64,000 nt of DNA. Source: a bacterium. Lineage in GTDB: Bacteria > Zhuqueibacterota > Zhuqueibacteria > Residuimicrobiales > Krinioviventaceae. Made by a program: the position numbers and the translations under genes. The stretch covers positions 4,224,001-4,288,000 of the forward strand of contig OY843751.1 in assembly GCA_963693055.1 (NCBI GenBank), read 5' to 3'. The notes under the pieces were generated by a model. The model was not told where the DNA came from and made no database searches. It saw only the letters and a program-made list of their open reading frames with translations. Positions 57,939-64,000 of the stretch are shown piece after piece; the stretch's first letter is position 1; every line of letters starts with the position of its first letter.

Positions 57939-60188
57939 TTACTCCTCACAGGGTTCATATAATTTATATCTATAAAGAAACAATAGTAAAGAAACCAAAC
58001 CACCAATAAACAAGACAAGCAAGCTATTTATAAAGCCATAGAGGGGAATTAATATACCGCTAACTGTCAATGCTCCAGCGGCACCGCCTAAAACATCTGC
58101 CGCATAATAATACCCCCCTGTTCTTTCTTCAGTACGAAAAGATGCCAGGCTGCATAGTCCCGGGAAAAATCCACCGGTAAATGCTCCGGAAGCAAAAACT
58201 ATGAAAAGAAAAAACAATGGTGTATCAAAACGGCCCGATATGAGGATTATCGGCCACATCAGGCCGATTAATAATATAAGCAAAATAAAGTAAAAAAATA
58301 ACACTTTTTTTAACCACTTTTGGCAGGTATATTTTCGCATCCACTGTGCGGCAATCACCAAACCCAGCATATAAATACCAATGGTCAAACCAATCCACTC
58401 ATATATATATCCATACAATACCTGAAAAGCAAAAATCAGTAACAATTCAAGCGCCATACCCGCAAAGCCCGCATAGGTCATGACCAGCATTCCCAGACTG
58501 GATGTACGGATCCCTTTTCCCGCAAAAGCGATACAAACCAATAAAATAAATCCAAAGGTTAAAACACTAAACTGTATTCGGCTAAACGGAATATCTATCA
58601 ACCATTTTAATAATGAATGGGTATCATCCTGGATCTTGTCCCACAATAAATAATCATAATAATAAGCTATAGGAGAAAAGTCGTGATTTGCCCGGACAAC
58701 ATCAGCAGAACTCAATAAAGTATCTAAATCTGCAATCCGTTGTGGCATTAAATATTGCAAAAACATACCGCTGAAAAAATAGTCATGGGTTACTCCCCGT
58801 TCCTGATATCGCTCTGCAAGTGTTTGAGGATTCCTTTGCAGCACATCAAGATTTCCGGATGCAAAAAAAATAGCCTGGTCTCCGGGCAATACCAGTATAT
58901 CTTTAAACTCGGTCCGCAAGTCCTGGTACAATCCTGCATTCAATTGCAATAACTCGTCACCAAGATAATTTTCCGCGGAAGGGAATCCATCAATTACCAA
59001 TATCCCGGCTCGGTTCAATTTTGAATAAACCAATTTAAAAAATTCACGGGTATAATAACGATTACTTTCACCGGTAGCGGGAGCACCTTTTTGAACAACA
59101 ATCAAATCATAACATTCATTTTCACGTTCAATGAACCTGCGTCCGTCCGTAAATAATAGTTTTATATTTTCCTGTTCTACTACCGAATCCAGCATTCCCT
59201 TTGTGTACTGTTTTGACAGTTCAAATGCATCCCGATTTTGTTCTATACATGTGATTTGGAAATCAGTATATCGTCCCACCTCGTTTAAAAGCCCGCTAAA
59301 TGCCCCGCCAATCATCAAGATTTTTTGTGGATTTGGATGTTGATTTATAATCAGTGCGGCCTGTTCCTGTGCACCAATAATATCCGGCAGTTGGGTCAAT
59401 TTTGTTCCATTGTTATATAAAAAATAATCACCAGCCCAATCAATCACACTCAGTTCACCATATCGTGATTGTGTTCCATCTATATAATTCATCCCCTCAC
59501 CAAACATTTGCCAATAATGCTGCATTTGCATTTTATAAAAATGCCGTAGTAGTGGAGACAATAACATGCCAACCAGTAATATAGTAAAAACGAGGAGAGC
59601 TTTGTTGTGGGAAATATAAACCAGGAACACAAAACAGAGGCTAAAAACAATCAGCAATACCTGTAAATTCACAAAAAAACGAAACAGAAACAAACTTGTC
59701 AACAACCCGGCAATGGTACTTCCCAGTGCTTCAAACACATATACACCGGCAATCCCATTGCCAGCTTTATCAATATTACGTGATAATCCTGATAAAAAGG
59801 TAAACATCATCCCTGCAAGCATACAGGGTAAAACCAGGACCAGAAATGCAAAACCTGCCAGGTTGGTGCTGGTAATATATTCTCCATAAGGAACCTTTAA
59901 AAAGAACCTAACAAGCTTGATCGCAAACACTGACAAAAAAACACTGACAAAAAACAAGAATTGCAAAAAATAATTAAAGTGGGCTTGTTTGAAAAGTTGT
60001 GAGTTTATAAATACAGCAATAAAACTTCCGGCAGCTACACAAAGCAGCCAAATAGCCAAAAGGATGCCAAAACAGGATTCATTTCCATAAAAGACTGCGT
60101 AAAACTCTCGCATCAAAACAATTTGTGCGGTTAGCGTTGTAATCCCAGTGATTACAGCAAAGGAATGTAATTTGAACGAATTTGACAT
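57939..60188 (-). CDS. multi-TM protein with a central spermidine-synthase-like (class I SAM-fold) domain
   Basis: QIVLMREF..F.GNE, Y.FEALGS, SRYGEL, KILMIGG, DGRRF, YYTREFF, FQVLYGYIY, YAADVLG. Confidence 0.8.
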   Translation of the reverse strand: MSNSFKLHSFAVITGITTLTAQIVLMREFYAVFYGNESCFGILLAIWLLCVAAGSFIAVFINSQLFKQAHFNYFLQFLFFVSVFLSVFAIKLVRFFLKVPYGEYITSTNLAGFAFLVLVLPCMLAGMMFTFLSGLSRNIDKAGNGIAGVYVFEALGSTIAGLLTSLFLFRFFVNLQVLLIVFSLCFVFLVYISHNKALLVFTILLVGMLLSPLLRHFYKMQMQHYWQMFGEGMNYIDGTQSRYGELSVIDWAGDYFLYNNGTKLTQLPDIIGAQEQAALIINQHPNPQKILMIGGAFSGLLNEVGRYTDFQITCIEQNRDAFELSKQYTKGMLDSVVEQENIKLLFTDGRRFIERENECYDLIVVQKGAPATGESNRYYTREFFKLVYSKLNRAGILVIDGFPSAENYLGDELLQLNAGLYQDLRTEFKDILVLPGDQAIFFASGNLDVLQRNPQTLAERYQERGVTHDYFFSGMFLQYLMPQRIADLDTLLSSADVVRANHDFSPIAYYYDYLLWDKIQDDTHSLLKWLIDIPFSRIQFSVLTFGFILLVCIAFAGKGIRTSSLGMLVMTYAGFAGMALELLLIFAFQVLYGYIYEWIGLTIGIYMLGLVIAAQWMRKYTCQKWLKKVLFFYFILLILLIGLMWPIILISGRFDTPLFFLFIVFASGAFTGGFFPGLCSLASFRTEERTGGYYYAADVLGGAAGALTVSGILIPLYGFINSLLVLFIGGLVSLLLFLYRYKLYEPCEE

Positions 60189-60245
60189 GTCCTGACCAGA
60201 TTGATTATATTGATTAAATTTACAACCTTTGAGGACATTTCAAAT

Positions 60246-60282
60246 AAAAAAGGCCCGTGATTACTCTAAATCACAGGCCTTT
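60246..60282 (-). terminator. intrinsic terminator after the thioredoxin gene
   Basis: Minus strand AAAGGCCTGTGATT...AATCACGGGCC followed by T6. Confidence 0.7.
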
Positions 60283-60305
60283 CTTTTATATATTATATAC
60301 AATTA

Positions 60306-60830
60306 TCAGGATTTTTCACCACAATCCTGATTTTTCACATAATCTTCAAATGAAACATCTTTTTCCCAGCATCTATCATCAATAAAATTCAAAATTTGCA
60401 AAAACATATCCGCTTCAACATATCCTGGCACCAGCGTAATGATATCACCATTGCTATCCAGAAATGCCAGTGAAGGAAAACCGGTCACTCCAAACGCTTG
60501 TGTCAACTGTGGATTGGTATAGGTTTGTTCCTTGTAAACTACAGACTGTGCTCTGTCTTCTGCGTTCAGCTTTACCGTTACAAAGCGTTCAGATAGTTTT
60601 TTAGCTACGGCATCATCCTGAAATGTCTTTTCATCCATTACTTTACACCAATGACACCAATCTGCGTAAAAATCAACCAGAATCATCTTTTTTTCTTTTT
60701 CAGCTTTGGATAAACCATCGTTAAAACCCTTCCAATTTTTACCCTCTGCCGCACCAGAAACACCTGTAAAAGCCAGAAATGTGATCAACATCAACCCGGC
60801 AATCATAAATTTTTGTTTATTGGTATACAT
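60306..60830 (-). CDS. exported thioredoxin-fold protein (SoxW/DUF255-like)
   Basis: Signal peptide; VDFYADWCHWCKVMD, FGVTGFPS. Confidence 0.88.
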   Translation of the reverse strand: MYTNKQKFMIAGLMLITFLAFTGVSGAAEGKNWKGFNDGLSKAEKEKKMILVDFYADWCHWCKVMDEKTFQDDAVAKKLSERFVTVKLNAEDRAQSVVYKEQTYTNPQLTQAFGVTGFPSLAFLDSNGDIITLVPGYVEADMFLQILNFIDDRCWEKDVSFEDYVKNQDCGEKS

Positions 60831-61070
60831 AATATTTCTCCATCAATTGAATATAATTGGACTGTTATCTGTTCTCAGTAATTAGATGCATAAAACACAA
60901 AAAAAATTCAAAATATTTGAGCAATGTTGTTTTTTTCTCCAGATTACTAATAATTAAAATAAAAAACAAAAACTGCTTGTTATTCTATTCCTTACAGATT
61001 AAATTATTTATTATGCTCAGTAGTATACAACAGAATTTCTCCAACCTTGCAAGCCCACAGGGAGTATTAA

Positions 61071-62441
61071 ATGCCCAATAAATTTAAATTACTATTACTA
61101 ACCGGTTTGATCTTGAGTTCCTGTACTTCGGTAACCTTGAAACAGGATCTGTCAGATTATAAACAAGAAATTAACGAACTGGCCACGCAGATCAAGAGCA
61201 ACCCCAATGACGCTCAGGCTTACAGAGATCTGGGTGTTATTTGTGTTAAAACCGAAATGTATGAAAAGGGTGAACAATATCTCAAAAAAGCAAATGCCCT
61301 TGAGCCGGATGATCCACAAACACGATTTTATTATGGACTGGCCCTCGAGTTCAATTTCAACAAAGAAAATGCCTGGCAAATTTACCGAACCTACCCCGAT
61401 GTTTCACGTCTGTCACCGTATCGCAGACTTATGGAAGGTCGTTATACCCTGCTGGGACGGGAAATAGCAGAAAAAGAGGCCCAAAGCCTGTTACAATCCG
61501 AAAAAGATATAAACGCAGACGAATTGCACCCCAATCTAATTGCTGTATTTCCTTTAAAAAACCAGAGCAGTAATTCCGAATACGACAATCTGGGCCGCGG
61601 TATTGGAGAAATGCTCATCACCGATCTTAGCCAAGTGCCCAACCTTGAACTGGTTGAACGTATCCGATTAAATGCGTTAATAGAAGAAATGGCCATGGGA
61701 CAAACGGGAATGGTTAAGGAAGGTTCTGAAGCCCAATTTGGAAAACTTTTAGGAGCCGGCAAAGCAGTAACAGGATTTTTTGATGTATATGGCAACGATA
61801 TTCGCATGAATGTAGAACTTTGGGACCACCAAAGATCCAACAAACCCCGCAGGGCCAATAACTCCAATTCACTTGAACAGCTCTTTATAATGGAAAAAAG
61901 ATTGGTTTTAGGTATTGTTGGCAGCATGGGAATTGAATTAACCCCCGAACAACGTCGGGAAATACTTTACATACCCACCAAAAATATTCGCGCGTTTATG
62001 GAATATTGTAATGGACTTGAAAAACAGGACAGCGGTCAGCTGGAAGCGGCTAGCCAGCACTTTAAACGTGCTGTTAAAATTGATCCCAAATTCCAGGCAA
62101 GTAAAAACAAAGTAGAAGAAACTGAAACAGCTATCAGTATGCTTCAGGCAGATGAAGAACAACTGATTGCAATGGCAAGCCAGGTTGAATCACAAACAGA
62201 TCTGCGTCAGGAAACGATCAACAATACTTTGTTAAACGGGAAATACAAGGTCAACAAAAGATTGCAAAGTCAGTCAACCAATGTGGGCTCTACATTTATC
62301 CCGGGTGAAGACTCGCGTAAAACCAGTGAAGAAGCTGTAGGCTCTGAAACAGATTTGGGAGATGACATTGTCATTAATGTATTACCTCAAAAATCAGATA
62401 TTTTACCTGATCCGCCTGCTCCACCCATACCGGGTCAATAA
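61071..62441 (+). CDS. TPR lipoprotein with a CsgG/FlgO-like (TolB-N fold) domain
   Basis: Lipobox LSSC; TPRs; IAVFPL.N...LG.G..EMLITDL.....LVER..L..L..E...G.LLGA. Confidence 0.75.
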   Translation: MPNKFKLLLLTGLILSSCTSVTLKQDLSDYKQEINELATQIKSNPNDAQAYRDLGVICVKTEMYEKGEQYLKKANALEPDDPQTRFYYGLALEFNFNKENAWQIYRTYPDVSRLSPYRRLMEGRYTLLGREIAEKEAQSLLQSEKDINADELHPNLIAVFPLKNQSSNSEYDNLGRGIGEMLITDLSQVPNLELVERIRLNALIEEMAMGQTGMVKEGSEAQFGKLLGAGKAVTGFFDVYGNDIRMNVELWDHQRSNKPRRANNSNSLEQLFIMEKRLVLGIVGSMGIELTPEQRREILYIPTKNIRAFMEYCNGLEKQDSGQLEAASQHFKRAVKIDPKFQASKNKVEETETAISMLQADEEQLIAMASQVESQTDLRQETINNTLLNGKYKVNKRLQSQSTNVGSTFIPGEDSRKTSEEAVGSETDLGDDIVINVLPQKSDILPDPPAPPIPGQ

Positions 62442-62480
62442 TCCGTATACTAACTCTCTTTGAATGTCAAGGATAGATTA

Positions 62481-64000
62481 ATGATAATAAAAAACAATTT
62501 TTCTTATTCGCTTCTACTGTGTATTGTACTGCTATTTACACAAACACTTTTCGCCCAGAATATCTGGCAGCAAACCAGTGGTCCCGAAGGTGGTTCTGCA
62601 CAGCATGTTTACACAAATGGACCGGGACGTTTAATCGCTGCCGGTGGTATGAATGTATTTCGCTCTATTGATAATGGAGCATCGTGGACTAATATCACAT
62701 ATAATCTGCAGGTATCCAACATCAATGCAATGGATGTCAACTCTACTGGCGATATTTTTGTCGGAAGTTATATGGGTTCATTATATAGGCTCGACAATAA
62801 CTCAACCACATGGCAAGACCTCAGTAATATCACTATTGGAACGGATAACATTAATACCATTGCCGTTGATTCTTCAGGCAATATTTTTGCTTCTACTGTG
62901 TCCAACCTTTATCGTTCACCAGATAATGGTGACAGCTGGACAGCTTTGACACTCGTTACAGGGCTTCCATTCGAGTCTGTTGACGTTATTCATGTAGGAC
63001 CTAATGGAAGAATGTTTGCAGGAAATTATAACGGCATTCAATATTCGGATGATTCGGGTGACAACTGGACAACATTGACTACGGGAACATCTGCTTATAC
63101 CATAGCAGAAACAAGTACCGGAGGCATTTATCTCGGTTCCTTTGATGGTATCCGCTATGCACCGGATACAGGTGGAAATTTCTCTTTGCTTAATTCAGAT
63201 CTCCCAACCAATCCCGATATCCGCTCTTTAGTGATTGGCTCAACCGGCACACTCTATGCCGGTGCAATGGGCGGATTTTATGTATCTATAAATAATGGTA
63301 ACAATTGGTCAAAAGCAGTAAATGGTTTAACTGCCAAAGATGTTTATTCTCTATCCAAGCAAGCGGATAATACCTTGCTTGCTGGTACAGAAAATGGCCT
63401 GTTTATTACATCAAACGACGGAGCAAACTGGTCTAAAAACATTAGCAACTTTATTAATACCGGTATTAATCAAATTATTGAATTGGATAACGGCAGTTTT
63501 TTTGCCGCATGTGATTTTGGCTTATTTCAATCCGTGGATGATGGTGAAACCTGGACCGCCATCGCCCATTTTGATACTATGCAAGTCCGGGCTCTGCTTC
63601 AACATGCTTCCGGTACATTGTTCGCGGGTACCGGAAACCACGGTCTGTGGCGTTCTACGGATAATGGTGTAAACTGGAACAACGCTATAAATGGTTTAAC
63701 AAACCCCGAAGTTATTGCACTAGAGACAGATGATCTTGACCAGTTGTATGCAACCAACTATAGCGGTGTATACCGTTCAACAGACAATGGAGTTAATTGG
63801 AGCAGTGTATTTGGTGGATATGAAGCGATTGACATGATTGTTGATGAAAACAGTTATATCTATTTCGCTTCATATGACGGCATTTACCGCTCTACAAACA
63901 ATGGTACAAATTGGAGCCTGATTAATACCAGTCTTACCAATGTTAATGCACTGGAAAACCGGGATGATGGCTATCTTTATGCAGGTACAATGAATGGAAT
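62481..64000 (+). CDS. secreted BNR/Asp-box repeat beta-propeller protein (partial, runs off window end)
   Basis: Not in the ORF track. ATG 62481 gives MIIKNNFSYSLLLCIVLLFTQTLFA-QNIWQQTSGPEGG, then repeated S-x-D-x-G-x-x-W (RSIDNGASW, RSPDNGDSW, RSTDNGVNW). Confidence 0.85.
   Translation, partial: MIIKNNFSYSLLLCIVLLFTQTLFAQNIWQQTSGPEGGSAQHVYTNGPGRLIAAGGMNVFRSIDNGASWTNITYNLQVSNINAMDVNSTGDIFVGSYMGSLYRLDNNSTTWQDLSNITIGTDNINTIAVDSSGNIFASTVSNLYRSPDNGDSWTALTLVTGLPFESVDVIHVGPNGRMFAGNYNGIQYSDDSGDNWTTLTTGTSAYTIAETSTGGIYLGSFDGIRYAPDTGGNFSLLNSDLPTNPDIRSLVIGSTGTLYAGAMGGFYVSINNGNNWSKAVNGLTAKDVYSLSKQADNTLLAGTENGLFITSNDGANWSKNISNFINTGINQIIELDNGSFFAACDFGLFQSVDDGETWTAIAHFDTMQVRALLQHASGTLFAGTGNHGLWRSTDNGVNWNNAINGLTNPEVIALETDDLDQLYATNYSGVYRSTDNGVNWSSVFGGYEAIDMIVDENSYIYFASYDGIYRSTNNGTNWSLINTSLTNVNALENRDDGYLYAGTMNG

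Noticed and set aside
62653-63672. ORF-track entries 62653-62949 and 63340-63672
   Set aside because: Out-of-frame fragments within the real CDS starting at 62481.

Overview
Chromosomal window (roughly 40% GC) from a diderm, LPS-producing bacterium. The lpxC-fabZ fusion, a PorV-like barrel, a T9SS-type C-terminal domain and the bEBP-lptE pairing suggest an FCB-group lineage such as KSB1 or Calditrichota (inference). Bases 1-42.5 kb are a long minus-strand run of housekeeping and envelope genes: ftsK (partial), comB-like, gcvT, rseP, dxr, lipM-like, lpxA, lpxC-fabZ, lpxD, skp, bamA, tamB-like, uppS, mtnA, waaA, panBC, tRNA-Thr(CGT), yraN, rnhB, comEC, coaE, an S8 protease, GT2, an acidic TPR protein, lptE, a headless sigma54 activator, an epimerase, purD and uvrB. 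The most unusual part is a ~4 kb island at 42.6-46.75 kb between divergent uvrB and a GHL10 glycoside hydrolase. It holds several families of REP-like palindromes and an intact IS1182 inserted in the loop of a hairpin (loop AGA duplicated). It also holds a 299-bp non-coding element with the same ends, inserted in the loop of a different perfect hairpin (loop TCCT duplicated) and carrying a REP doublet with compensatory changes. Two cargo genes of opposite GC content lie between direct repeats, and the flanking genes appear GC-richer near the island. The right part encodes a USP, a PAS hybrid kinase plus Hpt, a ROK kinase/cupin/NagB-PIG-L fusion, a membrane spermidine-synthase-like protein, a thioredoxin, a TPR lipoprotein and a partial Asp-box propeller protein. 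All product calls come from recognising motifs by eye; no database searches were run.
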